A stretch of 64,000 nt of DNA from Gammaproteobacteria bacterium (GTDB taxonomy: Bacteria; Pseudomonadota; Gammaproteobacteria; JAJRRL01), in NCBI GenBank assembly GCA_024279495.1, contig JAJRRL010000040.1, positions 74,256 to 138,255 on the forward strand, given 5' to 3'. Under the pieces are notes generated by a model. It had not been told where the DNA came from and searched no databases. It saw nothing but the letters and a program-made list of their open reading frames with translations. Each line of letters starts with the position of its first letter. Within the stretch, counting starts at the first letter, position 1. This document shows, in pieces, positions 17,447 through 27,249 of this stretch. Position numbers and translations under genes: made by a program.

Positions 17447-18696
17447 TGCAAGTAGCGTCCTTTTCTCCTAATTGGCAAGCTTTGCTTGATCAGCCTCTTA
17501 TCTCCGATGCCTTGGCATCGTGGCAGAAAGCAGCTCGAGCTGAATTGCCGGAGTTGCGTTTTCCATCACGGCGAGATGAAGCCTGGCGTTATGTCCCGCA
17601 CCGCCGTGTACCTAAGCTGAAGCCTTATGCTGAGCCAAGCCAAGTAAAGCCTCGTTACGATCATCCAAGCTTAGAATGGGATGTGTATCGCCTGCAATGC
17701 ATCGATGGGGTATTGATCTCATCCGATGTGATTAAAGGTGTTCGAATAACGCCGTTATCTAAGTGTGATGAAGAACAGTCTCGATTTGTCGCGCATGAAC
17801 TCTCAGAAAAAGACGCTTGGATTCGTTTGAACCAAGCCTGCCTGACGCATGGCTTCCTGATTGAAGTCGATGCTGGCATTAAGGTGGAAAAGCCGTTAGT
17901 CATTATTGATCACACGACATCTCAGGTAGCTAAGCAATGTTTGAATGCTCGTTATGTAATAAAACTAGGAGAGGATGCGTCTTTCGACGTTATCATGCAT
18001 CAAAGTTCTGACTCAGATGTTTTGGTGAATACAGTGTCTGTGATTGACTTAGGTCAAAGGGCTCGCTTCTCATCCTTGCGAATTCAGCAAATGCATTCAG
18101 AGGCCTTGTGTTTTCATCAGCAAGAAGTGATTCAAGGAGATTGTTCAGAAGCTCACTTAGGGCAGTTTCTGTTAGGTGCTTCGGTATCTCGTGATGCAGT
18201 GCATGTGGTTTTGCAAGGAACAGAAGCGCGCGTTGAATTGTCTGGAACAGCTTTTCCAAGAACAGGCCAGTTTGCCAATATTTATTCGCATTTAACTCAT
18301 GGTGTTCCACACACAAGTGCCAAACAACAATACCGAAGCATTGTGCATGATAAAGCGCAATCTGTGTTTTATGGGCGAGTTCATGTGCTTCCAAACGCTC
18401 AAAAAACAGCATCGTATCAACACAACGCTAATTTATTGCTTGGTCAACGAGCGCAAGCCAATAGCAAGCCTGAGTTAGAAATTTATGCCGATGATGTGAT
18501 TTGTTCTCATGGCTCTACCACAGGCCAGTTGGCCGATGATCAATTGTTTTATCTGCGTTCTCGAGGCATTCCTGAAAATCAGGCATCTGCTTTGTTGGTC
18601 GATGGTTTTGCTGGAGTGACAACCGACCCTTGGAAGGATTCTCCTGCTTATGATTTTCTATCCGACGCTATCGCGTTGCGTGGAAAAGAGGAGTAG
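17446..18696 (+). CDS. sufD: Fe-S cluster assembly protein SufD
   Basis: 416 aa SufB/SufD-family protein in the sufB-sufC-X-sufS position; ATGA overlap with sufC. Confidence 0.85.
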   Translation: MQVASFSPNWQALLDQPLISDALASWQKAARAELPELRFPSRRDEAWRYVPHRRVPKLKPYAEPSQVKPRYDHPSLEWDVYRLQCIDGVLISSDVIKGVRITPLSKCDEEQSRFVAHELSEKDAWIRLNQACLTHGFLIEVDAGIKVEKPLVIIDHTTSQVAKQCLNARYVIKLGEDASFDVIMHQSSDSDVLVNTVSVIDLGQRARFSSLRIQQMHSEALCFHQQEVIQGDCSEAHLGQFLLGASVSRDAVHVVLQGTEARVELSGTAFPRTGQFANIYSHLTHGVPHTSAKQQYRSIVHDKAQSVFYGRVHVLPNAQKTASYQHNANLLLGQRAQANSKPELEIYADDVICSHGSTTGQLADDQLFYLRSRGIPENQASALLVDGFAGVTTDPWKDSPAYDFLSDAIALRGKEE

Positions 18697-18702
18697 TAGG
18701 CT

Positions 18703-19923
18703 ATGTCATCATGGAATAATGATTTCCCTATTTTGAAAACATCCATTCATGGAAAACCTTTAGTGTATCTTGATACGGCTGCCAGTGCGCAGAAACCGCA
18801 ATGCGTTTTAGATGCTATCATGCAATGCTACTCTTCCGAATATGCTAATGTTCATCGTGGTTTGCATACCTTAAGTGAGCGTCTGACAGATGCTTTTGAG
18901 TCTGTAAGAGATCAAGTGGTTGATTTTTTAGGGGCTAGTAGTTATCGTGAGATTATCTTTACCTCAGGTGCAACAGAATCGATTAATCTGGTGGCCCAGT
19001 GTTTTTCAGCTATCATGCTAAAACCAGGTGATGAGATCATTGTGACTGCTATGGAGCATCATGCAAACTTTGTGCCTTGGCAGGTGGTTTGCAAGCAATA
19101 CGGTGCAAGCTTAAAAGTAGCACCACTTACCGATAATGGTCATATCGATGTTGATGCTTTAGAAAAGCTATTTTCAAAGAACACACGACTGTTTGCTTTT
19201 TCTCATGCCTCGAATGTGCTGGGTACGGTGAACGATGCTCAGGCACTAACGAAATTAGCGCATGCTCATCATGTAGCTGTTCTTATCGATGGTGCTCAGG
19301 CTGTGGTGCATCAGCCCGTGAATGTAACAGACATTGATTGCGATTTTTATGTCTTCTCATCCCACAAACTCTACGGCCCAACAGGCGTGGGTGTTTTGTA
19401 TGGAAAAGAGCATTGGCTAGATAAAATGCCAGCGTATCAATACGGCGGTGAAATGATTGATTATGTTGGGGATGAATCGTCGACATATGCACCGTTGCCT
19501 CATAAGTTTGAAGCAGGGACTCCCAATATTGCATCTATTATCGGCTTTGGTGAAGCGCTTCGTTACATGTCTTCATTAGATGCTGATGCTTTGTCTTTGC
19601 ATGAGACGAATGTGACTAAGCAGTTATACGATGGGCTAAAGGCAATAGATGGCGTAACTATCTATGGTCCACCACCCAAAGAGCGAGTGAGTTTGGTGGC
19701 TTTTTCTGTCGATGGGGTGCACGTACATGACATTGGCACCTTACTTGATCGGCGGGGTATTGCAGTTCGGGTAGGCCATCATTGCGCGCAACCATTAATG
19801 AGGCATTTGGGTGTAACAGCAACGCTTCGAGCTTCTTTGGGTTTGTATAGTCAGCCTTCTGATGTGCAGTCTTTGTTAGACGCGCTGCCAAAAATAATTG
19901 CCATGATCCGAGGTGAGCCATGA
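18703..19923 (+). CDS. sufS: cysteine desulfurase SufS (PLP-dependent)
   Basis: 406 aa class V aminotransferase; PLP-lysine context FSSHKLYGPTGVGVLYG and catalytic Cys loop RVGHHCAQPLM. Confidence 0.9.
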   Translation: MSSWNNDFPILKTSIHGKPLVYLDTAASAQKPQCVLDAIMQCYSSEYANVHRGLHTLSERLTDAFESVRDQVVDFLGASSYREIIFTSGATESINLVAQCFSAIMLKPGDEIIVTAMEHHANFVPWQVVCKQYGASLKVAPLTDNGHIDVDALEKLFSKNTRLFAFSHASNVLGTVNDAQALTKLAHAHHVAVLIDGAQAVVHQPVNVTDIDCDFYVFSSHKLYGPTGVGVLYGKEHWLDKMPAYQYGGEMIDYVGDESSTYAPLPHKFEAGTPNIASIIGFGEALRYMSSLDADALSLHETNVTKQLYDGLKAIDGVTIYGPPPKERVSLVAFSVDGVHVHDIGTLLDRRGIAVRVGHHCAQPLMRHLGVTATLRASLGLYSQPSDVQSLLDALPKIIAMIRGEP

Positions 19924-20258
19924 GTGTAATAGTAACAGAGAAAGCAAGAAAGCATATCGACCGAATCAAAGAGCAGGCCAATAAGTCTTATTTTCGCTTG
20001 CATGTAAAGTCGGCAGGATGTTCGGGCTATCGTTATGATCCTCAGCTTTTGGATCAAAAACTAGAAACAGATCATGAGGTGCTTCTTGATAATGAATGGT
20101 CGCTTTTAGTGAGTGATGATGCATTGTCTTTAGTCAAAGGGACAACGATTGATTATGTTTCCAAAGGCTTGGGAAGTCAGTTAGTGTTTCTTAATCCTAA
20201 TGCAGAAGATGAGTGCGGTTGTGGTGAAAGTTTTAATGTGCCTGGAGATGAATCATGA
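19920..20258 (+). CDS. sufA: A-type Fe-S cluster carrier (SufA/IscA family)
   Basis: 112 aa HesB/IscA fold with the C-terminal CGCGESF motif. Confidence 0.85.
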   Translation: MSVIVTEKARKHIDRIKEQANKSYFRLHVKSAGCSGYRYDPQLLDQKLETDHEVLLDNEWSLLVSDDALSLVKGTTIDYVSKGLGSQLVFLNPNAEDECGCGESFNVPGDES

Positions 20259-20797
20259 GCTCTCGTAAACGAGAATCCATTTGCCTTCATCGAGATGTGT
20301 TTGCTTTGATGGTTCCATCAGGTGCGCGAGTGATGTTGCATCAAGGAACAGAAGTGGAGGTGACTCAATCTTTAGGTTCTTCTTACACACTTAACGTATT
20401 TGGCAACTTGCTCCGAATTGATGGGGTAGATGCAGATGCTTTGGGTAAAGAAGTGATAAGTCCGTTAGATGACATGCCAGATAACGCAACGCTCGACGAA
20501 AAAGTGTGGGCTGTATTACACACAGTCTTTGACCCTGAAATCCCCGTAAACATAGTTGATTTAGGTTTAGTGTATCGTGTAGACGTGACGCCAGATGGCG
20601 ATCAGTATGCTGTTGCAATGGATATGACGCTCACTGCCCCTGCTTGTGGAATGGGGCCGGTTTTAGCTGGCGAGTCTAAAAAACGCATTGAAGCGATACC
20701 TGAAGTTAAAGAAGCAATCGTAGAAATTGTTTTTGAGCCGCTTTGGGATCAAAGTATGATGTCGGAAGTAGCCAAACTCCAACTAGGCATGTTTTAG
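20255..20797 (+). CDS. sufT: DUF59 (MIP18-family) Fe-S assembly protein, SufT-like
   Basis: 180 aa; DUF59 core DPEIPVNIVDLGLVYRVDV with conserved Cys (TAPACGMGP); terminal gene of the suf operon. Confidence 0.65.
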   Translation: MSSRKRESICLHRDVFALMVPSGARVMLHQGTEVEVTQSLGSSYTLNVFGNLLRIDGVDADALGKEVISPLDDMPDNATLDEKVWAVLHTVFDPEIPVNIVDLGLVYRVDVTPDGDQYAVAMDMTLTAPACGMGPVLAGESKKRIEAIPEVKEAIVEIVFEPLWDQSMMSEVAKLQLGMF

Positions 20798-20850
20798 AGG
20801 TCGAAATGGGTTCTTTTTCCCTCCTTTTTTGGCGGGCCTGCGCTTCCCAT

Positions 20851-21076
20851 AAATAAAATAGCCCCAACCACTTGTCATCCCCAGGAATGTAATGACGTCG
20901 GGGACCTAGGCTTGATCCGTTGTTGCAACGTAACAACTAGTGATCTTTAAAGATTAAGGATTAGATCCTCCGGTCAAGCCGGAGGATCTTCGCGAAGCAA
21001 AGCTTCGCTTCGACATTATTGTGAGCTTAAATCCACAGATTGCCCTGGGTGCCGCTTTTCAGCGGTATGACAACGT
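20851..21076 (+). mobile_element. MITE-like structured repeat, apparently full-length copy with imperfect terminal inverted repeats (copy a)
   Basis: left end AAATAAAATAGCCCCAACCACTTGTCATCCCCAGGAATGTAATGACGTCGGGGACCTAGGCTTGATCCGTTGTTGCAACGTAACAACTAG; right end CCCTGGGTGCCGC...GGTATGACAACG is the inverted counterpart; internal hairpins; related copies at five other sites in the window. Confidence 0.65.
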
Positions 21077-21095
21077 AAGGGGGAGGTGATTCTGT

Positions 21096-21866
21096 CTAAG
21101 CTGTTTCTTTAAGAGAAAGGGTGGCCATTGCCGTTCTTTGAGCAGTGAGTAACGCTTCTTCATCGGTGATGATTTGTGAAAAAGTTGACTTGAGATTTTT
21201 GAGGTGCTTTTTCATTTGAGAAATTTCCTCAGGCTGTTGTTGGCGATAGAAGGTATTGCGAATAGAGACAATGGTTTTGTGATACAGATAGTCGCGAACA
21301 GTCAAAACGGCTGTCTCAGAAAAGGGATCTAGTTTTAACTCAGTGAGTCGATCCCGCAAGGCTTGGCGGGTTTCTACTAATTTAAATTCAGCAATTTCAC
21401 TTTCGACCACAGTAATATTGTTGGCTCGTAATGTGGTGATGAGGAAGTCTTGTGCGGTTTTTAAAAAGGCTACCCATTCTTCGTGGTGTTCTTTGATCAA
21501 AGCGTTTAACTCTCGTTGCTGCTTACTAAGCTTCGCTTCGGAATTACTTTCAATAGAGTCCTCGGACACGTTTAACTGTTTGTAAAGTTCATCGATAGGC
21601 TTTAAGCCCTCATCATTTTTGATATGGCCAGCAAAGCGGGTTTTAGTGATGTCGGTATATTTTTGTAAATGCATCCGGAAGAATCCAGAGAAGATTCCGT
21701 TGAATGCATTTTTCAAGGTGCTGTCGTTTAGTATCTGAGGTTTCCCTTTTGATGCGTCTGAATTAGAGGCCATCTGTTCACGGAGAAGCAAGTCATACAT
21801 GCCACCCCATCGGCGAATAAAAAAATGATGGTAGGTGGTAAAGTCAGAAACGTATGCAAAACTCAT
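21096..21866 (-). CDS. hypothetical soluble alpha-helical protein (ORFan)
   Basis: 256 aa ORF with good length and no family I recognise; immediately right of MITE copy a. Confidence 0.5.
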   Translation of the reverse strand: MSFAYVSDFTTYHHFFIRRWGGMYDLLLREQMASNSDASKGKPQILNDSTLKNAFNGIFSGFFRMHLQKYTDITKTRFAGHIKNDEGLKPIDELYKQLNVSEDSIESNSEAKLSKQQRELNALIKEHHEEWVAFLKTAQDFLITTLRANNITVVESEIAEFKLVETRQALRDRLTELKLDPFSETAVLTVRDYLYHKTIVSIRNTFYRQQQPEEISQMKKHLKNLKSTFSQIITDEEALLTAQRTAMATLSLKETA

Positions 21867-21940
21867 GAGTATTGTTTCCTTGTCCAGGAGAGAAAGAAGC
21901 TAGTATATCATGGCTTGGGCGCCATCAGGCACCCGAGTCA

Positions 21941-22477
21941 TTAGGCAGTAGCAGCAGAGGGTTGGTTTTGTGTGCTTTTAGGCCGAGACATTCTGTAAAA
22001 CGCAATCAACAAGAAAGGTGTGATGATTTGCGCACCCATGTTCAGGTAATCAAGCATGACATGGTCGATTTGTCCCATTGCGCCCAAATAAAGCTTTGCA
22101 GTGGCTTGGCCCCACATTACAGCTGTGGCCAACAAGATGGCTGCAAGACGGAAGCGTGTTGAGCTGAAAGCGCCAATTAGGGCGATCACTGCAATGCCAA
22201 CATAAGCGGCGCTTATTTGCCATTCAAAGGGGCTAGGTAGGTAGCCTTGAGCAATAGCTGCTGTTTGTGGAAGGGTGGCATAGAAAACAGCCTGCCAAAG
22301 AAAGCTTAGTCCTGCACAAAAAAGGAGCATGTACATAATCCCAATGTTTCCGCTTTCAAGCGTCGAGATTTGCTTATGGCGCGCTATGAAAGAGATGGCT
22401 GATAGCAAGATAGCTACGGCCAGCATGGATAGTTCTACATAGGTAAAAAAGTAAGTGATAAACGTGTCCATCAGCAT
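21941..22477 (-). CDS. hypothetical integral membrane protein (4-5 TM helices)
   Basis: 178 aa, hydrophobic throughout, no recognisable motif. Confidence 0.5.
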   Translation of the reverse strand: MLMDTFITYFFTYVELSMLAVAILLSAISFIARHKQISTLESGNIGIMYMLLFCAGLSFLWQAVFYATLPQTAAIAQGYLPSPFEWQISAAYVGIAVIALIGAFSSTRFRLAAILLATAVMWGQATAKLYLGAMGQIDHVMLDYLNMGAQIITPFLLIAFYRMSRPKSTQNQPSAATA

Positions 22478-22685
22478 CCGTCCTTGGGTTGTGTGTGGGC
22501 TCTGTCTAATTATACATCATTTTAGGGGCAGGTATTGTGTGGATTGGCTATACGCCTGTGAGTTTTTGCCATCACGGCAATCCAAATTCGCGCTACCTAT
22601 AGTGCATAGCTCTGAATTTACTTTATTTTTGCTTGTCTTTGAGTCCTTCTTTAGACAACAATAGGGCCTTCTGAGAAAAGGAGTA

Positions 22686-23771
22686 ATGATGACCCGACGA
22701 ATGACGGTAGTGTGTGGAGGAAAATCTCCAGAGCATAAAATAAGCCTTCTATCTGCTCAAAATATCACCAAAGGGTTGCAAGAATTAGGGGACGAAGTAA
22801 CTGTAATATACATTGATATCAAAGGCGCCTGGTTTCATGCGGGTGATACGTCTGATTTTTCAACCCTCCCTGAGCGAGCGAAGCATTTAGAGCCACTAAG
22901 TGTTCGGTTTGGGTTTCCGACTGAGCCTTGGGTGAGTCTAGAGAATCCCCAAAAAACGTATGCATGCGACTGTGTTTTTCCTGTGCTGCATGGGCCAATG
23001 GGTGAAGATGGTACGGTTCAAGGGCTCTTAGAGTTGCTGGGTGTACCCTATGTGGGGCCGGATGTATTGGGCTCGTCTCTGTGTATGCACAAAGGGGTGG
23101 CTCGTGATGTCTTGGCAAGTTATGGCATTAAGAGCATTCCGTTTCAATTGATGAACAAGCCAACGTACGATAAATTCCACGCGCTTCAAGCATTTCATAA
23201 ATGGGATAAAGACGTATTTGTGAAGCCGGCTAGATTAGGTTCTGCCTTAGGCATTTCACGTGTGTCTGATGAGAAGGATTATCTACAAGCACTAAAGCAG
23301 GCTTTTCAGTTTGATTCACATGTGATGGTGGAGCCGGTGATGCATGGTCGAGAGTTGGAAGTGGCCGTGCTTGGTTCTAGAGGGCAGTATCAAATAGCAG
23401 GGCCAGCAGAAATCATCACCGATGGAACCTTCTACTCATACGATCAAAAATACGCAGATAGCTCGACAACCAAGTTGATGCCTAAAGCGAATTTACCTGA
23501 AGAAGTGGCGACTACTATTCGAGAGATCGCTATTCAAATTGCAACCGCTTTGACCTGTGAAGGCATGGTGCGAGTCGATGGCTTTTTAACAAAGTCAGGC
23601 GATTACTTTTTCAGTGAAGCGAATACCATTCCAGGATTCACTTCGATTAGTCAGTATCCACAAATGTGGGAGGCTAATGGAAAAGAGTTGCCGGAACTTC
23701 TGAATGATTTAATCGATTTGGCTGTATCTCGACAAAAGTTACAGTCATCGTTGCAAAGAACAAGTATGTAG
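22686..23771 (+). CDS. ddl: D-alanine--D-alanine ligase
   Basis: 361 aa ATP-grasp enzyme; N-terminal VVCGGKSPEHKISLLSA, central LHGPMGEDGTVQGLLELLGVPYVG and C-terminal EANTIPGFTSIS are characteristic of Ddl; SD AAAGGAG before ATGATG. Confidence 0.9.
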   Translation: MMTRRMTVVCGGKSPEHKISLLSAQNITKGLQELGDEVTVIYIDIKGAWFHAGDTSDFSTLPERAKHLEPLSVRFGFPTEPWVSLENPQKTYACDCVFPVLHGPMGEDGTVQGLLELLGVPYVGPDVLGSSLCMHKGVARDVLASYGIKSIPFQLMNKPTYDKFHALQAFHKWDKDVFVKPARLGSALGISRVSDEKDYLQALKQAFQFDSHVMVEPVMHGRELEVAVLGSRGQYQIAGPAEIITDGTFYSYDQKYADSSTTKLMPKANLPEEVATTIREIAIQIATALTCEGMVRVDGFLTKSGDYFFSEANTIPGFTSISQYPQMWEANGKELPELLNDLIDLAVSRQKLQSSLQRTSM

Positions 23772-23779
23772 GCGGTAAT

Positions 23780-26700
23780 ATGAGCTTTGTTCACCTTCAA
23801 TGTCACAGTGAGTATTCTATTTGCGATGGTTTAGTTAGATTGCCGGCGCTTTTAGATAAAGTAAAAGCCATGGGTATGCCAGCTATTGCTTTAACGGATC
23901 ACATGAATTTGTTTGCGACCATTAAATTTTATCGAAAAGCAGAGTCCTTAGGTATTAAGCCTATTGTCGGTGCAGATATTGTATTAGAGCATGATGGTAA
24001 GCTATCGAAAGAAACACTGTTATGTTGTCATAAAGATGGGTATCGACAGTTAACACGTTTACTGTCGAAAGCGTATTGCGAGAGGGGTCAAGGTGACCCA
24101 ATTATTACCTGGGAAATGTTGTCGCATTTTTCAGAAGGTTTGCTTGTCTTGTCGGGTGGGCCTGATGGCGATGTTAACCAAGCCGTCATGAATCAAGACC
24201 TAGCTCTGGCTAAAGAGCGTTTGGAGCGATGGCGATCTGTGTTTGGTGATCGTTATTACATAAGCTGTCAACGCATCGGTATTCCCAATGAGGCGGAGTA
24301 CTTGGCAGCCTTGTTTAAATTTTCTGAACAACAAGCAGTTTCTGTGGTGGCTACTAACGCGGTACGTTTTTTAGAGAAATCCGATTATCATGCGCATGAA
24401 GCAAGGGTATGCATCAATCAAGGTTATGTCTTGGATGATCATCGACGAAAAAAAGAATACACGTCACAACAGTATTTGAGAACGCCAGACCAGATGCATA
24501 TGTTGTTTCAAGAAGCCTCTGTGGTGGTTACCAATGCTTTGTCTGTCGCTAAACGCACAACAGTTGCTTTGAACTTTGGTGAAGTCTTTTTACCAAGCTT
24601 TGGTGTACCAGAAGGGATGACGCTTGAATCGTATCTGGAAAATCAAGCGAAGCAGGGCTTGAAAAAGCGTTTGGCTTCGTTGAATGTTGAAAAAAGTTTG
24701 TATCCTGATTACGATGAAAGACTCAGCATTGAGTTGGGCGTCATTAACCGCATGGGTTTTCCTGGTTATTTCTTGATTGTGGCAGACTTTATCGCATGGG
24801 CAAAAAAACAGAATATCCCAGTGGGTCCTGGTCGTGGTTCAGGTGCGGGTTCTTTAGTGGCGTATGTGTTAGGTATCACAGAGCTTGATCCCATTCATTT
24901 TGGTTTGCTCTTCGAGCGTTTTCTAAATCCAGAACGGGTATCCATGCCTGATTTCGATATCGATTTTTGCATGTCGAATCGTGACAAAGTGATTGAGTAT
25001 GTCGGGAACAAATACGGCTATGAGGCTGTCTCTCAGATTATTACTTACGGTACCATGGCTGCCAAAGCGGTGATACGTGATGTGGGTCGTGTGTTGGCAC
25101 ATCCGTATGGTTTTGTCGATGCCTTAGCGAAATTGATTCCTTTCGAATTAGGGATGACCCTTTCTAAGGCTTTAGAGCAAGAGCCTGCTTTGGCTGCGCG
25201 TTATCAGGAAGAAGAAGAGGTTCGTTCGCTGATAGATTTGGCAAAAAAACTGGAAGGGGTGGTTCGAAACGCAGGTAGGCATGCCGGCGGTGTGGTGATT
25301 GCGCCAACACGCTTAACCGATTTTGTCCCAACGTATTGTGAGAGCGGCAGCACGCAATTAGTCACTCAGTTTGATAAAGACGATGTGGAAACGGTCGGCT
25401 TGGTAAAATTTGATTTTTTAGGTCTGCGAACGCTGACCATCATTGCAGAGGCAATTAATAACAGTAAGTCACTAGATAGCAAAACATTTGATATTAACAC
25501 CATTCCTTTAGACGATGACAAAACCTTTGAGCTTTTACAATCAACCGAAACAATAGCTGTGTTTCAGTTGGAGTCACGAGGCATGAAAGAATTGGTTTCT
25601 CGTTTGGTTCCCACTCGTTTTGAAGACTTGGTTGCTTTGGTTGCTCTCTTCCGTCCTGGTCCTTTGCAATCAGGCATGGTGGATGACTTTATCAATCGTA
25701 AACATGGCCGAGAAAAGGTAACCTATCTTCACCCTGAACTTGAAGAGATTTTAAAAGAAACGTACGGTGTGATTTTGTATCAGGAACAAGTGATGAAGAT
25801 TGCACAGGTGCTTGCTGGATATTCACTTGGCGCTGCGGATTTATTGCGTCGAGCCATGGGTAAGAAAAAAGCCGAAGAAATGGCGAAGCAGCGTGAAATC
25901 TTTTTGAAAGGTACGCAAGAGCGAGGCATTGATACAAAAATTTCAACAGCGATTTTTGATTTAATGGAAAAGTTTGCAGGCTATGGATTCAATAAGTCTC
26001 ACTCTGCGGCGTATGCTTTAATTGCCTATCAAACAGCTTGGTTAAAGGCACATTACCCTGCTGAGTTTATGGCTGCTGTTTTGTCATCCGATATGGATAA
26101 CACGGATAAAGTATTATCGTTTTATCAAGAAGCCTGCCGTATGGAGTTAAATTTAATCCCTCCTGGCATTCAAGAATGCGAACATCACTTTACTGTCACT
26201 GAAGAAGGTGCCGTTCGTTATGGTTTGGGTGCGATTAAAGGTGCCGGTGAGCAAGCTGTTGAAGCGATTGTGGTTGAACGTAATAGTAATGGAGAGTTTA
26301 AAGACTTTTTTGATTTTGTCAGGCGGGTTGATTTGAAGAAAGTCAGCAAGCGTACTCTAGAACCTCTGATTGAGTCTGGTGCTTTTGATTGCTTCTCTAA
26401 AAACAGAGCTAGCGTGTTTGCTAGTTTAGAGTCTGCCGTTAAAGCAGCTCAACGTCATCAGCAGGATATACGTTCAGGGCAGGGCGATTTATTTGGCGGT
26501 GAAGAGGTTCCGTTGGAAGATCCTACCTGCCGCTTGATTGACATTGCGTATTGGGATGAAGGTGAGCGTTTGCGTCGAGAAAAACAAGCCTTGGGTTTGT
26601 ATGTCTCTGGTCACCCGATGGGTCGTATTGAAAAAGAAGTAGCATCACTTACGCCTACGCATTCTGGCAATTTGGTGGCAGAGAAAAATGTGGTTTTGGT

Positions 26701-27190
26701 AGGGGTCTTGGTTTCGCAACGTTATATCATGACAAAACGCGGTAAGCGTATGGCTATTTTAGTTTTTGAAGATTTGCATGGCTCGGTGGACGTGACTGTC
26801 TTCAGTGAGTTGTGCCAATCCTTGGTGGGGACTTTAGTGGTTGATCAAATCTATCATATTGCAGGTAAAACCAGTAACGATAAATTCACGCAAGGCGTGC
26901 GTTTGGTGGCCGATTCGGTAGTTCCTTACGAAGAGCTTAGGCGAAATAAAGCAGGTGCCGTGCAACTGACCTTAACGGGCGAGCACGACATGGATGCCGT
27001 TTTACCGCAACTATCAGAGTTGTTACAATCTTACGTGGGCGGTCGATCGGCAGTCTTACTGCGATACAAGGCAGGCCAACAAGCCACGAAAGTACGTTTT
27101 GGAGAGTCCTGGCGGGTGAATGTGAGTGAAGAGCTTCTAGTTGAGCTAAGAAAACTCCTTGGAAAACAATCAGTTGAGGTGCTTTTTTAG
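23780..27190 (+). CDS. dnaE: DNA polymerase III alpha subunit
   Basis: 1136 aa; N-terminal PHP domain (FVHLQCHSEYS), polymerase core (GPGRGSGAGSLVAYVLGIT, FDIDF) and C-terminal OB fold. Confidence 0.95.
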   Translation: MSFVHLQCHSEYSICDGLVRLPALLDKVKAMGMPAIALTDHMNLFATIKFYRKAESLGIKPIVGADIVLEHDGKLSKETLLCCHKDGYRQLTRLLSKAYCERGQGDPIITWEMLSHFSEGLLVLSGGPDGDVNQAVMNQDLALAKERLERWRSVFGDRYYISCQRIGIPNEAEYLAALFKFSEQQAVSVVATNAVRFLEKSDYHAHEARVCINQGYVLDDHRRKKEYTSQQYLRTPDQMHMLFQEASVVVTNALSVAKRTTVALNFGEVFLPSFGVPEGMTLESYLENQAKQGLKKRLASLNVEKSLYPDYDERLSIELGVINRMGFPGYFLIVADFIAWAKKQNIPVGPGRGSGAGSLVAYVLGITELDPIHFGLLFERFLNPERVSMPDFDIDFCMSNRDKVIEYVGNKYGYEAVSQIITYGTMAAKAVIRDVGRVLAHPYGFVDALAKLIPFELGMTLSKALEQEPALAARYQEEEEVRSLIDLAKKLEGVVRNAGRHAGGVVIAPTRLTDFVPTYCESGSTQLVTQFDKDDVETVGLVKFDFLGLRTLTIIAEAINNSKSLDSKTFDINTIPLDDDKTFELLQSTETIAVFQLESRGMKELVSRLVPTRFEDLVALVALFRPGPLQSGMVDDFINRKHGREKVTYLHPELEEILKETYGVILYQEQVMKIAQVLAGYSLGAADLLRRAMGKKKAEEMAKQREIFLKGTQERGIDTKISTAIFDLMEKFAGYGFNKSHSAAYALIAYQTAWLKAHYPAEFMAAVLSSDMDNTDKVLSFYQEACRMELNLIPPGIQECEHHFTVTEEGAVRYGLGAIKGAGEQAVEAIVVERNSNGEFKDFFDFVRRVDLKKVSKRTLEPLIESGAFDCFSKNRASVFASLESAVKAAQRHQQDIRSGQGDLFGGEEVPLEDPTCRLIDIAYWDEGERLRREKQALGLYVSGHPMGRIEKEVASLTPTHSGNLVAEKNVVLVGVLVSQRYIMTKRGKRMAILVFEDLHGSVDVTVFSELCQSLVGTLVVDQIYHIAGKTSNDKFTQGVRLVADSVVPYEELRRNKAGAVQLTLTGEHDMDAVLPQLSELLQSYVGGRSAVLLRYKAGQQATKVRFGESWRVNVSEELLVELRKLLGKQSVEVLF

Positions 27191-27221
27191 GGTTTGACTT
27201 CCCCTTTGAATTTGGTTATTA

Positions 27222-27237
27222 TTTGAACATATTCAAA
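27222..27237 (+). promoter_or_regulatory. perfect inverted repeat TTTGAA-CATA-TTCAAA just upstream of the SD of the next gene (operator or RBS-proximal hairpin)
   Basis: seen directly; SD AAGGAG at 27240-27245; GTG start at 27250. Confidence 0.3.
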
Positions 27238-27249
27238 TAAGGAGCCAAT

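Noticed and set aside
20940-21020. Hairpins GATCCTCCGG-TCAAG-CCGGAGGATC and CGAAGCAAAGCTTCG after sufT as rho-independent terminators
   Set aside because: There is no downstream T-run. They lie inside the MITE-like element and are more likely part of its structure.
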